Assembly (NCBI GenBank): GCA_963665235.2
Contig: CAXXLX010000001.1
Span: 544,001 to 608,000, forward strand
Direction: 5' to 3'
DNA from: Candidatus Poribacteria bacterium
Lineage (GTDB): Bacteria; Poribacteria; WGA-4E; WGA-3G
DNA length: 64,000 bases
Position numbers and translations under genes: made by a program. Under the pieces are notes generated by a model. The model was not told the origin of the DNA and did not search any database. It was given only the letters and a program-made list of their open reading frames with translations. How positions within the stretch are numbered: the first letter of the stretch is position 1; every line of letters starts with the position of its first letter. Below are positions 12,501-20,670 of the stretch, piece by piece.

Positions 12501-13137
12501 CTGTTGTATCAAAACTAATCGCATCGGATGTCGCTTTACTGGCAGGCCCGGTGACGCTGTTGCTATCGGTGACAGCATTTGCGGCAACTTCCAATGTAAT
12601 CGTGCCTTTTGCTGCCGTGGGTGATGTCACCGTGGCAGTCCAGGAAGTGCCTGAACCGCTCAAAGCCACCGTTGCATCCCCTGTACCGCTTGTGCGCGTC
12701 GTCGTCACCGTGATGTCGCTCGATGCAAACCCTGTAACACTCTTATTGAAGGTAATCGGCACGTCAAAGGTGGTTCCGGACTGTGAGCTTTCGGGTTCTG
12801 TGAAACCCACCGTTATCGGCACGGTATCAAAACTAATACTATTAGAGGTTTCATCCGAGGAGGGCCCGTTAAGATTTTGCTTAAAACCTACCATATTGGC
12901 TTTTATGGTAAGGGTTACACTGCCTGCCGCGTTACTCGGCGGTGTGACCGTGGCGGTGTAGCTACTGCCCGAGCCGCTCAAAGCCACCGTTGCATCCCCC
13001 GTGCCACTTGTGCGGGTTGTTGCCACGTCAATGTCATCCGTCGCGTCAAAGTTGGTGACAGTGTGACTGAAATCAATTGGCACGGTGAACGTACTGCCTG
13101 TCTGTGTGCCTTCGGGTTCTGTGAAATCCACCATCAA
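3529..13137 (-). CDS. Giant Ig-like repeat surface protein/adhesin with C-terminal lamin-tail-like domains
   Basis: About 24 Thr/Ser-rich ~100-aa repeats (FTEP...ISFDT), two LTD-like domains (VIFNEI...DWIELKN; ISELM...QWIEFYN) and C-terminal GKQFRTWASVK. The true N-terminus lies upstream and is frameshifted. Confidence 0.88.
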   Translation of the reverse strand: MMVDFTEPEGTQTGSTFTVPIDFSHTVTNFDATDDIDVATTRTSGTGDATVALSGSGSSYTATVTPPSNAAGSVTLTIKANMVGFKQNLNGPSSDETSNSISFDTVPITVGFTEPESSQSGTTFDVPITFNKSVTGFASSDITVTTTRTSGTGDATVALSGSGTSWTATVTSPTAAKGTITLEVAANAVTDSNSVTGPASKATSDAISFDTTVATVDFTEPTGTQVTNTFDVPITFSKSVTGFAAADITIKTTRTSGTGNATFTLNGSGTSWTATVTSPTAAKGTITLEVAADSVTDGTRTGPASKATSDAMSFDTTVPKVDFTEPTSTQVTTFDLPITFSKSVTGFAAADINLNTTRTSGTGDATFTLSGSGKDYKATITVPTNAKGTIRLEVAGGSVTDGTRTGPSQKTDSDAISFDTTPPTVDFTEPTDVQAKNFSVEITFSKSVTGFTSDDITINTTRTSGSGDATFTLSGSGKVYTATITVPTNAKGTVTLAVAKGAVTDGTRTGPSQKTDSDAISFDTTPPTVSFTEPEGSQYGNTFTVPITISKSVAEFTASDITVTTTRTSGTGDATVALSGSGSSYTATVTSPTAAKGTITLAVAADSVTDGTRTGPASKATSSAISFDTTVATVDFTEPTVGQATNFDLPITFSKSVTGFAAADITITTTRTSGTGDATFTLSGSGKDYTAAITVPTNAKGTVTLAVAADSVTDGTRTGPASKTTSDAISFDTAPPSVTFGEPVGIQYEDTFSVPIAFGKSVTGFAASDITITTTLTSGTGNATFTLLGSGAGYSVNVTPSTETKGTITLQVAKDAVADSQNRSGPVSATTSESISFDNTTPSATYTVPQGVQVTNFDVPIKFSKFILDFELNDLTLTTTRTSGTGDATFRIPGVGGIVGSSGTNFTAKITLPANAAGTVNLSMQADAVEDTGEHEGPSSATETGTISFDTRVPTVSFTEPEGTQVAATFDLPITFNKSVTGFSTVPDPKEAGPDLTVATTRTSGTGNATVTLSGSGTSWTATISLPSAAKGTVRLEISAHSVSDGTRSGPASKATSDAISFDTTVATVDFTEPEGTQVADTFDVPITISKSVTGFAASDITVTTTRTSGSGDATVTLSGSGTSYTATVTSPTAAKGTITLEVAKNAVTDGTRTGPASKATSDAISFDTTVATVSFTEPEGTQVANTFDVPITISKSVTGFVASDITVTTTRTSGSGDATVTLSGSGTSYTATVTSPTAAKGTITLEVAKNAVTDGTRTGPASKATSDAISFDTTVATVDFTEPAGTQYGATFDVPITISKSVTGFVASDITVTTTRTSGSGDATVTLSGSGTSYTATVTSPTTAKGTITLEVAKDAVTDGTRTGPASKVTSDAISFDTTVATVTFTEPAGTQVANTFDVPITFNKSVTGFAASDITVTSSTGTASVSLSGSGKDYTATVTSPTAAKGTITLAVAKDAVTDGTRTGPASKATSDAISFDTTVATVDFTEPAGIQVANTFDVPITISKSVTGFAASDITVTSSTGTASVSLSGSGKDYTATVTSPTAAKGTITLEVAKNAVTDGTRTGPASKATSDAISFDTTVATVDFTEPVGTQYRDTFNVGITISKSVTGFAASDITVTSSSGNASVSLSGSGTSYTATVTSPTATKGTITLEVAADSVTDGTRTGPASKATSDAISFDTTVATVSFDEPVGTQLGSGFAVPITFSKNITGFDASDITVTSSTGTASVTLVISGLSLDYSASVISPTNAKGIIILYVAANAVTDGTRTAPANIAVSNPIPFDTTQGTVNFSEPKGVQIAKTFDVGITFSKDVQGFEAGDITIATTHTSGSGNATFTLSGSGKSYTATVTSPTTAEGTVTLAVGKHAAYDRANEVPATTETSQPIAYDTTVATVSFTEPPGTQVADTFDVPITFSKSVTGFEASDITVNTTHTNGSGDATVTLSGSGTSYTATVTSPTEAKGAVTLEISGDSVTDGARSAPESNVSSAAITFDTTTPTVSFTVPPNVQTGPFDVDITFSRSVTGFEVGDMTLTTTRTSGTGDATFTLTGSGTDYTATLTPPADAIGRVVFTVKADAASDGVRNGPAENASVSVSFDTQVSKPPLNTDPINTPPVLSDPINTPPVNTTPATLVFSEPSGTQRANTFNVGITFSKSVTGFAASDITVASTSGTASVSLSGSGTSWTATITSPTDAAGSATLSIAANAANDGTHDVPTTAQMSASIAFDTTLPTVSFTVPQGVQASAFDVGITFSKSVTGFEVGDMTLTTTRTSGTGDATFTLTGSGTDYTATLTPPANAAGDIALTVKADAATDGVRNGPVADTSVSVNFDTSVNTPPANTNPVNTPPANTNPVNTPPANTNPVNTPPANTNPVNTPPANTNPVNTPPANTNPVNTPPVNTNPVNTPPVNTNPTTLVFSEPSGTQLNNTFDVGITFSKPVTEFETDDITLITTRADTSGGTVSSVLTGEGANYTTTITVPANAKGTLQVQVRADAANDGVYDVPTAVRTSESIAFDTTVPTVRFTVPQDVQTGPFDVDITFSKPVNGFELGDMTLTTTRMYGIDDATFTLTGSGTDYTVTITPPVDTAGEIVLTVKVNAGTDGVRNGPAADVSITIDFETESQLVDTGSTEEYGSDFGKVIFNEIYNGTEDKNDWIELKNVGQRSVNLGDWEIGIVTGNGKTLEEKKIITLPSYELLPNHILLILNSATEKTAIAAGIDIYTGRWDEAVLESWNVSRYITTKALKLPLPVEEKYLLTLREKKDRIGTSEAIVDVASTYWPNNLDHETLMWPLYIQKPTGIRPVFALDAAWRRTDKKIPGTTATKKLPGYLAAAWTASGYQEGRGYDKDAPKTTSLGTPGHLNDYPKGKNLPSGPVSISELMFATRDFGRAAPQWIEFYNTSNKTVDLRGWQFNLEVKPEPNTLRNTTWGFTFEGVHVGPKQTLLIVTQKSSNSGHFPEHKVYDLSVQHTDMPGISELFNVNRYLLLSSAGFSLMLSDANGKMVDKIGNLDGDAKTMDKPAWQLPAGKTLEGYRNSLIRKYENGAPLPGTELSSWKIAKDLKLSFRTYWGHSTDIGNPGYRQGGYLPVSLSHFDALFTGTEVVLKWTTESELDNAGFNIYRSESRTGAFKQINAELIQGAGTTGERQQYEWKDTTAKPNVSYYYRIEDVSFSGVREQLQTVRMRGHVSASGKQFRTWASVKSNR
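5902..6141 (-). repeat. Intragenic 30-bp tandem repeat, ~8 copies, encoding NTPPANTNPV
   Basis: Direct 30-bp periodicity visible in the sequence. Confidence 0.95.
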
Positions 13138-13609
13138 CAGATTTGTCGTATCAAAACTAATACTCTTAGAGGTTTCAGCCGAGGAAGGCCCATATATCCA
13201 GTCTAGTGAACTATGAAATGCAGTAATTGAATTCGCTTTTATGGTAAGGGTGACACTTCCTATTGCGTTACCCGGCGGTCTAATCGTAATGTCGTACTAA
13301 TTTTCGAGCTCCCTATCACTGCCACCACTGTGGCATCTCCCGAACCTTGTGTGTTGGTTGTTGCCACTGTGACATCTTCCACGGTAAATTCACCGTTACC
13401 ACCGGGACCGGCAGAGGCAGCGTGACTTAACGTGACTTCCACCTTGAACGTTTTGCTTGTCTGTGTGCCTGCGGGTTCGGTGAAAGTCACACTATCGATT
13501 GTGCATGTGCGTCTTGTGGTGTTGTCAGCATCATGCCTGCGGTCAGGAATAGGAGTATCAGTGCTCCGGTGAGTAGGTTTCGGGTTAGTGTGTTAGTGTT
13601 TCTTCTAAT
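13138..13609 (-). pseudogene. Disrupted 5' end of the giant adhesin (signal peptide and first Ig repeat)
   Basis: AAAGGA RBS, then ATT-RRNTNTLTRNLLTGALILLFLTAGMMLTTPQDAHA (signal peptide). Frameshifts near 13500 and 13300. Confidence 0.75.
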
Positions 13610-13841
13610 ATTTATCCTTTCAACAGAATTATGTGAACTAAAAGCTTGTAGTAACATTATAAGGCTCCTTTTTGTTCCGCAAATTCAAATTTCGTGTCAG
13701 TTGTCAGCAGGTAGACCGATTCACCCGCTTGAACGGTTCCTCGAAGTGTCTAAATTTGGTTCATTAGGTAAGTAAGTGAGCTTACCAATTTTTCTAGCAC
13801 TATCGAGACCGCGAAAAAATTCTTTATCTGCTTCCCTATTG

Positions 13842-13858
13842 TGCAAGTGCTGTGCCAA
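13842..13858 (-). promoter_or_regulatory. Sigma54 (-24/-12) promoter of the giant adhesin
   Basis: TTGGCAC-AGCAC-TTGCA on the minus strand, an exact TGGCAC-N5-TTGC match. Confidence 0.75.
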
Positions 13859-13983
13859 ATAGCTAAAATTGGTCTTTTTCATGTTATCGATATGTTGTGC
13901 GGAGCCTTGTGTAGCCTATGTTTGTCGGGGGGTGAAAAATTTTTTCGGTGTGCGGATGGTGTTATAGGTATCTTTATGAGGAT

Positions 13984-14101
13984 GTTGTAAAATGCCACAG
14001 AATTTTAGGGAAAATTGGCTTTGGTGCCTTGATACGACAGGGTTTATCGGGGTTCGTTGCAAAATACGATAGGCGTTGTAAAATGCCACAGAATTTTAGG
14101 G
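13984..14101. promoter_or_regulatory. Two 27-bp direct repeats, candidate enhancer sites
   Basis: GTTGTAAAATGCCACAGAATTTTAGGG at 13984 and 14075, 125-245 bp upstream of the sigma54 site. Confidence 0.5.
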
Positions 14102-14143
14102 TTTAGTGGAGTGAGATGGAGGGTGTCTGATCGAAAATAAATA

Positions 14144-15053
14144 GGGACGATATATTTATAGAAGAAGACGCACACGCCCCAAATCTTAGTCCCATCGGGA
14201 CGATATCTTTATAGAAGAAGGCGTTTCCGGACTAAATCTTAGTCCCATCGGGACGATATATTTATAGAAGCGGTTTCCGCGCGGTCTCTTAGTCCCAGTA
14301 TTCGGGCAAGCAGCCCGCTCCTCAAGGACGATATATTTATAGAAGAAGACGCACACGCCCCAAATCTTAGTCCCATCGGGACGATATCTTTATAGAAGAA
14401 GACGCACACGCCCCAAATCTTAGTCCCATCGGGACGATATCTTTATAGAAGAAGGTGTTTCCGGACTAAATCTTAGTCCCATCGGGACGATATATTTATA
14501 GAAGAAGACGCACACGCCCCAAATCTTAGTCCCATCGGGACGATATATTTATAGAAGAAGGCGTTTCCGGACTAAATCTTAGTCCCATCGGGACGATATA
14601 TTTATAGAAGAAGGCGTTTCCGGACTAAATCTTAGTCCCATCGGGACGATATATTTATAGAAGAAGGCGTTTCCGGACTAAATCTTAGTCCCATCGGGAC
14701 GATATATTTATAGAAGAAGGCGTTTCCGGACTAAATCTTAGTCCCATCGGGACGATATATTTATAGAAGAAGGCGTTTCCGGACTAAATCTTAGTCCCAT
14801 CGGGACGATATATTTATAGAAGAAGGCGTTTCCGGACTAAATCTTAGTCCCATCGGGACGATATATTTATAGAAGCGGTTTCCGCGCGGTCTCTTAGTCC
14901 CAGTATTCGGGCAAGCAGCCCGCTCCTCAAGGACGATATATTTATAGAAGAAGGCGTTTCCGGACTAAATCTTAGTCCCATCGGGACGATATATTTATAG
15001 AAGAAGGCGTTTCCGGACTAAATCTTAGTCCCATCGGGACGATATATTTATAG
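14144..15053 (+). repeat. 53-bp REP-like tandem array, 16 units with three variable-segment types
   Basis: GGGACGATATATTTATAGAAG-[17-20 nt]-CTTAGTCCCATC; the palindrome GTCCCATCGGGAC spans each junction. Confidence 0.92.
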
Positions 15054-15144
15054 GGGTTAGTGCAAACCGACATTTATTATCAAACTCACGTTGCACGGGG
15101 AGGAGGCCGGGGCGGAGGCGGAAAGAAGCGGGGTTTGGCTAAAA

Positions 15145-15355
15145 TCTATAACCATATCGCCCCGCTGGGGCTATTTTGTGTTTTGTTTGGGTTTTCTATA
15201 AAGATACCGCCCCGCTGGGGCTAAGAGCCGACTGTTCCCCTCAAGTTACGTTAGGAGGTCGCGTGCGAAGCAGGTTTCTACATAAGCTCAATGTCGGGAT
15301 TCCAGACAGGTCGAGGGGTGCCAGTCGCGTGCGAAGCAGGCTTCTACATAAGACA
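15145..15355 (-). repeat. REP-like palindromes in the opposite orientation
   Basis: Two CGCCCCGCTGGGGCTA units with TCTATAA flanks; two GTCGCGTGCGAAGCAGGYTTCTACATAAG copies. Confidence 0.65.
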
Positions 15356-15558
15356 TCGGACTGTTTGTAAAAAAACTTTACACACCCATTTACTTTTGAT
15401 GCCTTGACATTTTATAGGTGGAATAAGGACTTTCATTTTGAACGTGTCTTCCTTCGTGATGCCCGCGGGACGATGAGGCTGGTATCTCCACCTCTGTAAG
15501 TTACGAAATCATGCAGATTTGTAATCTTTTTTGTTGAAATTGACGACTTCTTTATTGC

Positions 15559-17475
15559 TTACGGCTGCCTTTTCTGCAAACGAATGTCGCCCGAAGAGGT
15601 AAGCAATTTCAGCAAAGTCCCACCCCCATTAATCTTGCCCTTTAAACTATTTTTGGATTGGGTGCCCTGGACAACGAAGTCGCTTGAAATGCTCCCCCTA
15701 TTCGTTTGCGCATCTACATCAATGCCAATCCGGCCTCTGAGTATAGCAATTATCTCACCACTGCCTGATGTCGCCAGATGCCATTGACGATTAGGGCGCC
15801 TTGTTATTTCAGCATGTATATCACCTATGGCGGTGCTCACGTTCACACCTCCCTGACAGCTATTCAGTGTGATATTTCCACTGCTGCCCGTTTTTGCTGA
15901 GACATCGCCTCTGACATCGCTAAACTGTAGGTTACCAATAGAGGCTGCTGCTTCTACTGCGCCCCCAACTCTCGTAACCTTAATATTGCCGCTACTGCCC
16001 GTTTTAACTTTCGCGGTCCCAGTGATATTGGTCAATTCAATATCCCCAATAGATGCTTTCACGGTGACGTTATCTCGGCAATTTTTTAGGGTGACGCGCC
16101 CGCTACTGGAGGCTTCTGCTGTTACGCTACCCCCAACGTCCGTGATTTCAATATCGCCGCCGCGCGCGTTTACAGTGCCAGTAATATTCGTCAACTCAAC
16201 ATCGCCAATAGAGGCTTCCACGTCGACGTTGTTTTTACAAGTGTTCAACAAGATGCGTCCGCTACTGCCTGTCTTTGCCTTTACGGTTCCAGTAATATTG
16301 GTCAATTCAATATCGCCGATGGAGGCTTCCACGTCAATGTTATCTCGGCAATCTTTTAGCGTGATTTTACCACTACTAGATGCCCGCGCTGTTAGGATTC
16401 CCCCGACATTGCTAATCTGAATATCGCCGCCGCGCGCGTTCACAGTTCCAGTAATATTGGTCAATTCAACATCGCCGATGGAGGCTTGCACATCAACATC
16501 ACTTTCACACTTTTTTAGCAAGATGCGTCCGCTACTGCCTGTTTTTGCCTTTACTTTTCCTACAACATTGCCCAGGTCAATATCGCCGATGGAGGCTTCC
16601 ACATCTACACCTCCTTGACAGGCTTTAAGGGTGATGTTACCACTGCTAAAGGCTTTTGCTATTACCTCACCATCAACGGTGCCAATTTGAATATTACCTC
16701 CATTTACTCTCACGTTCCCTGTAACATCGCCGAGCGTGACATCGCCGATAGAGGTTTTTACGTCGACGTTTCCTTGACATGCTTTGAGGGTGATGCGTCC
16801 ACTGCTGCCTGTTTTTGCTTTTACCTCTCCTACGACATCGCCGAGGTCAATATTGCCGATAGAGGTTTCCACATCCACAGCTCCTTGAGCCGTTTTGACG
16901 GTAACGTTACCACTGCTGGTGGTTCTCCCCCAAACGGGGCCTTTAATTTCTCCGAGCTGTAGGTTACCTACAGAGGTCTGTGCTTGCACGCCTCCTATAA
17001 GGTCTACTACGGAAATGCCCCCGTGGGACGTGTTTAGATTGACACTGTACCGGTTAGGTATTGTTACGTTGAAACGAATCTCCAGTAGCGGCAGTACCAG
17101 CAACTTTTTCTGCCAATATTCTTTTCCAGCTTTGAACTTCGCATCAATCATAACATCGGAATCTTCTTGCGTAAATGCAACTTCAAAATCAGCGAGTGCT
17201 TCCTGCAGCAATTTAGTAAGTTCCTGCTTTGTTAATCCGGGTATAGCGATATTAGTGTTTTCTCTTACCGATTTCGTGTAGGTAATTCCAATCTGATTCC
17301 GGGGGTTGATTTTGATATCAATCGCGCCGAGATGTGAGGTAAGGGTTAATTGACCGCCGGGTTTAGTATCAAAATTTTTCTGGGTAGCCTGTGGAATCGT
17401 CTGTGTATCTGCTGCGCTAATTGTGCAGAACAGAAGGGACACTAAGATTGTGATGCTCAACAATCCTTTTCTCAT
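15559..17475 (-). CDS. DUF4097-type beta-strand repeat (putative adhesin) protein
   Basis: Signal peptide; many V-A-T-S-x-G-x-I repeats; C-terminal GKINGGG...TSSGDIRL. Confidence 0.85.
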   Translation of the reverse strand: MRKGLLSITILVSLLFCTISAADTQTIPQATQKNFDTKPGGQLTLTSHLGAIDIKINPRNQIGITYTKSVRENTNIAIPGLTKQELTKLLQEALADFEVAFTQEDSDVMIDAKFKAGKEYWQKKLLVLPLLEIRFNVTIPNRYSVNLNTSHGGISVVDLIGGVQAQTSVGNLQLGEIKGPVWGRTTSSGNVTVKTAQGAVDVETSIGNIDLGDVVGEVKAKTGSSGRITLKACQGNVDVKTSIGDVTLGDVTGNVRVNGGNIQIGTVDGEVIAKAFSSGNITLKACQGGVDVEASIGDIDLGNVVGKVKAKTGSSGRILLKKCESDVDVQASIGDVELTNITGTVNARGGDIQISNVGGILTARASSSGKITLKDCRDNIDVEASIGDIELTNITGTVKAKTGSSGRILLNTCKNNVDVEASIGDVELTNITGTVNARGGDIEITDVGGSVTAEASSSGRVTLKNCRDNVTVKASIGDIELTNITGTAKVKTGSSGNIKVTRVGGAVEAAASIGNLQFSDVRGDVSAKTGSSGNITLNSCQGGVNVSTAIGDIHAEITRRPNRQWHLATSGSGEIIAILRGRIGIDVDAQTNRGSISSDFVVQGTQSKNSLKGKINGGGTLLKLLTSSGDIRLQKRQP

Positions 17476-17540
17476 GAAAATTTCTCCTTATTGGCTATTG
17501 GCAAGAGATATATTGGGTATGTGCGTTGTGTGCTTCTATA

Positions 17541-17694
17541 AACGTGAGCTTGATAATAAATATCCGTTTTCTCTAAACCTTTTTCATCGCGAAAAAAGCG
17601 GAATAATTGTAGCATAAACTTCCTAGTTTGTGCAGTTTTTTGCTAAAACTAACACAGAACGCTCTAGGTCAAAACTTTTTTTCAAACTCGCGTT
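17541..17694 (+). mobile_element. MITE family A copy 2
   Basis: Same TIRs as copy 1; TSD CTATA; inserted in a CTTCTATAAACATATCG REP-like unit. Confidence 0.9.
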
Positions 17695-17710
17695 CTATAA
17701 ACATATCGTT

Positions 17711-17911
17711 AATATCGCGTGCGAAGCACGCTCCTGAGGAGCGACTTATCGCCCGAATACTAGAAAAGAACGGTTGAAAATATGGAGGCGCAATATCGCG
17801 AGCACAGCTCGCTCCTACAGAAGAACATATACACATCAATCATCTTTTTTTCTGGAGGCGCAATATCGCGAGCACAGCTCGCTCCTACAGAAGAACATAT
17901 ACACATCAATC
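17711..17911 (-). repeat. GTAG-type REP copies (GTAGGAGCGAGCTGTGCTCGCGA) with a 70-bp duplication
   Basis: Two direct copies at ~17783 and ~17853, plus one interrupted variant at ~17711-17760. Confidence 0.75.
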
Positions 17912-19021
17912 TTTTTTTTCTGAATCGTATAGGTCAAGAATCTTTGTTCGAGAATTGTAACCGAAATGGTATTCGCGAGCATCCTTCAAGCGACTAGGTT
18001 TAACCCCTGAGCCGAGGGTCCGAGAATAGGTTTGTAATTTATAGTGCTTCGGGGTGAAGGTTTCATCGTTGGCTATGTAATCGAAACGAATTTTGGGGTA
18101 TTCCTTGGGAATATTTTTTGCCGCGCCAGGATACCAATGATTCATAGCTTGCCCCGGTTTAACAGAGGTTTTTTCCCAAGGGTCGTCTTCGAACCATTTG
18201 GTTTGATAATGTACAGTAAACGCGGTGTTATTTTGGATGGAGAACACCTGTCTGGGTTGTAACGTATTCAGCAGGTCTTTTATGTGTTTGGCTGGCACAG
18301 CCCAGGTCGCTGTCCGTTCGTTGCTTAAGGTGGCAATTCCGATTAATGTGCCTTGCTCATTAATTACCGGCCCTCCACTGTTGCCTTTATAGGTGCCGGC
18401 ATGAATCTTAAGCAGGCCTTGGTGAACCGTTTGGAAGAATCCAGCTGCCCATTTCCAAAGTTTGAGTCCGCCTGGGTTCCCAAAAATCTGAACGGGCTCG
18501 TTGGCATCCATACGCAAATAAGGGGAATAGTTGAAATTATGTTCGATTTCACGGGCTGTATCTGGAAGTCCATCAAGTTGAACTATAGCAAGGTCAGTTT
18601 TCGGCTCTTTTGCAATAATGCGGCCTGTTGCTGCATACCCGAGGCGCGATAGTACCCCTAAATTGCTCTTACTTAGGTAGAAATTCCGCTCGTCAATTAA
18701 GTTGCCGTGCCTGTCGCGTACGGGGAAGAACACCTTTACCGATGCATTGTCTTTTGTAACATGGTGGTTTGTGATGGCGAGTCTCAATTCTTCATCAATT
18801 AACACGCCGCTCCCTTGTCCGCTTTCAGAGACAATCCATACCAGTGAGCGAATTGTTTTGTCGTAGAGCTGGTCCACGCTCAATTTTGGTCCGCCAGCTG
18901 AAGTTTTTCCGCTACGTGAAAAAGGAAATTGGCTGTAGCTAATGCTTTGCATGCTGAATGCTAACAACACAACCGCTAAAATTGCCACAATCGGTTTTCG
19001 GTATAAAATTGAATTTCTCAT
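17906..19021 (-). CDS. Secreted trypsin-like (S1) serine protease
   Basis: Signal peptide; catalytic triad motifs TNHHV, DLA and GNSGGP. Confidence 0.88.
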   Translation of the reverse strand: MRNSILYRKPIVAILAVVLLAFSMQSISYSQFPFSRSGKTSAGGPKLSVDQLYDKTIRSLVWIVSESGQGSGVLIDEELRLAITNHHVTKDNASVKVFFPVRDRHGNLIDERNFYLSKSNLGVLSRLGYAATGRIIAKEPKTDLAIVQLDGLPDTAREIEHNFNYSPYLRMDANEPVQIFGNPGGLKLWKWAAGFFQTVHQGLLKIHAGTYKGNSGGPVINEQGTLIGIATLSNERTATWAVPAKHIKDLLNTLQPRQVFSIQNNTAFTVHYQTKWFEDDPWEKTSVKPGQAMNHWYPGAAKNIPKEYPKIRFDYIANDETFTPKHYKLQTYSRTLGSGVKPSRLKDAREYHFGYNSRTKILDLYDSEKKD

Positions 19022-19022
19022 T

Positions 19023-19835
19023 TTATCCTTCCACGATGGCGTGCATCTTTTCCAACCCAATCCGGGCGACCTCTGCTGGGTCTTCCGCCCAATAGCTCGG
19101 GTTGAACAGCTCTAACGAGATAACCCCGGTATAATCTGCATCTCTCAAAATAGCAATCATTCTTTTCAGGTCGAGAATGCCATCACCGGGGTAAACTCTA
19201 TCGGCATCGGTTTGTTCCGCGCGCGCGGGTTCCGCAGGTGCATCGTTAAAGTGGAAGACAGCAATTTTTTCACCGGGGATGCCCACCATATCCTCAATTT
19301 CTCCGCCACCACGGTAGATATGAAACGGGTCAAGCACAATCGTACTATCCGGGTGGTCAGCGACTGTTATCACCTCCCAGGCATGTTTGACCTGATTTAT
19401 GCCATCAACGAAACCGAGAAATTCCATGGCAGGTTTTACACCGAGTTCACGACCGAGTTCAAGCAGTTCACGGTAATTCTCACCGCCTAACTGCAAGTCA
19501 GCGACTTCGCGCGGGGGACTTGAGATGATATAGGTTGCCCCGACTGCGGCGGCTTGTGCCATACGTCGTTTTGCTTCCTCAATTGCTTTTTCATGTTCCG
19601 CGCCTGTCGTGTTAAGCCAGCCGTGCAAGGCGATGACAGTAGGGACAGAAAGCCCGTGGTCCTCCAGTGCGCTTTTCACATCGGCGAGTGAACCGCCCTC
19701 TTCTTCGTAAGCGGTTAAATCATCGTTCCACAACTCAATTGCCGAATAACCTGTTTCTCCGGCAATCCGAATCTTATCCATTAAATTAGCGGGACGAATT
19801 GTGCTGGTATTTAAGCCTAACTGAAATTGTGACAT
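19023..19835 (-). CDS. Sugar phosphate isomerase/epimerase (xylose isomerase-like TIM barrel)
   Basis: Metal-ligand motifs MEF, DPFH, HFND and SLELF. Confidence 0.85.
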   Translation of the reverse strand: MSQFQLGLNTSTIRPANLMDKIRIAGETGYSAIELWNDDLTAYEEEGGSLADVKSALEDHGLSVPTVIALHGWLNTTGAEHEKAIEEAKRRMAQAAAVGATYIISSPPREVADLQLGGENYRELLELGRELGVKPAMEFLGFVDGINQVKHAWEVITVADHPDSTIVLDPFHIYRGGGEIEDMVGIPGEKIAVFHFNDAPAEPARAEQTDADRVYPGDGILDLKRMIAILRDADYTGVISLELFNPSYWAEDPAEVARIGLEKMHAIVEG

Positions 19836-19846
19836 TCTATTTACCT

Positions 19847-20647
19847 CTATTTATCCAACAGTGCCCGAATAAACCGGACATCTACCCGAGCTAAGTCAAT
19901 GACGCTATCTACCGGTTCACCGCTGTATTCACTGTGAAAACTGACCGGTCCCGAGAAGTTCATCGCTTTCAAGGTCTTAAGTGCTGTTTCCCAATCGACA
20001 AAACCTTTTCCGATACGGACAACTTTCCCGCCTCGCATTCCGGGTGAACGCGATAGGTCTTTGAAAGCGATTACGGCGAGGTGTGAGCTGACAATATCAA
20101 GTGCCATGTCAATCGGTTCACCCACAATTGAGAGGTGCCCCGTGTCCGCAAAAACGCCGATGTGTTGTGGGTCAAACCCCTTCACAAGGTTCATCACAGC
20201 ACATGAATTGAGTCCCATGGAGGTTCCGGAATGGTTGTGAATGCAGGTTCGTGGTCCGTATTTCTCAGAAAGTTTGGAAAATCCATCGAGTTGGGTGCGG
20301 ATAAAATCAACTTGTGCCCAATATCCACCATCCGTTGCACGCCAATGCCAGTATCCCAATTTGATATTCTGAACGTTTGCTTCGCCTGCGGCGGCAAAAA
20401 CGCGGATTGTCTCTTCGTTTGAAGGGTCTAAAAAATCTCCGGGCGTTGTAACAAGCGGAATAGACAATCCCGCTTCGGTAAATTGTTTTGCGGCGGTGGG
20501 TAATGCCTTCTCCGCATTTTCCGGGTTTACCGGATACCCGGGACGCACACAAAGGTCAGCCCCTTCAACCCCAACCGATTGCAATGCAGTGATAATGTGT
20601 GGGACCTCTAATCCTTGTAGATGTTTTGTGAACATTATAAATTTCAT
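19847..20647 (-). CDS. Sugar phosphate isomerase/epimerase family protein
   Basis: HNH, DTGH, KD, GxVDW and HSEY motifs. Confidence 0.8.
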   Translation of the reverse strand: MKFIMFTKHLQGLEVPHIITALQSVGVEGADLCVRPGYPVNPENAEKALPTAAKQFTEAGLSIPLVTTPGDFLDPSNEETIRVFAAAGEANVQNIKLGYWHWRATDGGYWAQVDFIRTQLDGFSKLSEKYGPRTCIHNHSGTSMGLNSCAVMNLVKGFDPQHIGVFADTGHLSIVGEPIDMALDIVSSHLAVIAFKDLSRSPGMRGGKVVRIGKGFVDWETALKTLKAMNFSGPVSFHSEYSGEPVDSVIDLARVDVRFIRALLDK

Positions 20648-20670
20648 AATTTTTCGGGTTTCCTACTACT

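Noticed and set aside
5041-13206. Many plus-strand ORFs of ~100 aa
   Set aside because: Antisense shadows of the repetitive adhesin frame.
14144-15053. CRISPR array
   Set aside because: The variable segments are only 17-20 nt and recur as three types. There are no cas genes, and the constant part matches dispersed REP-like palindromes.
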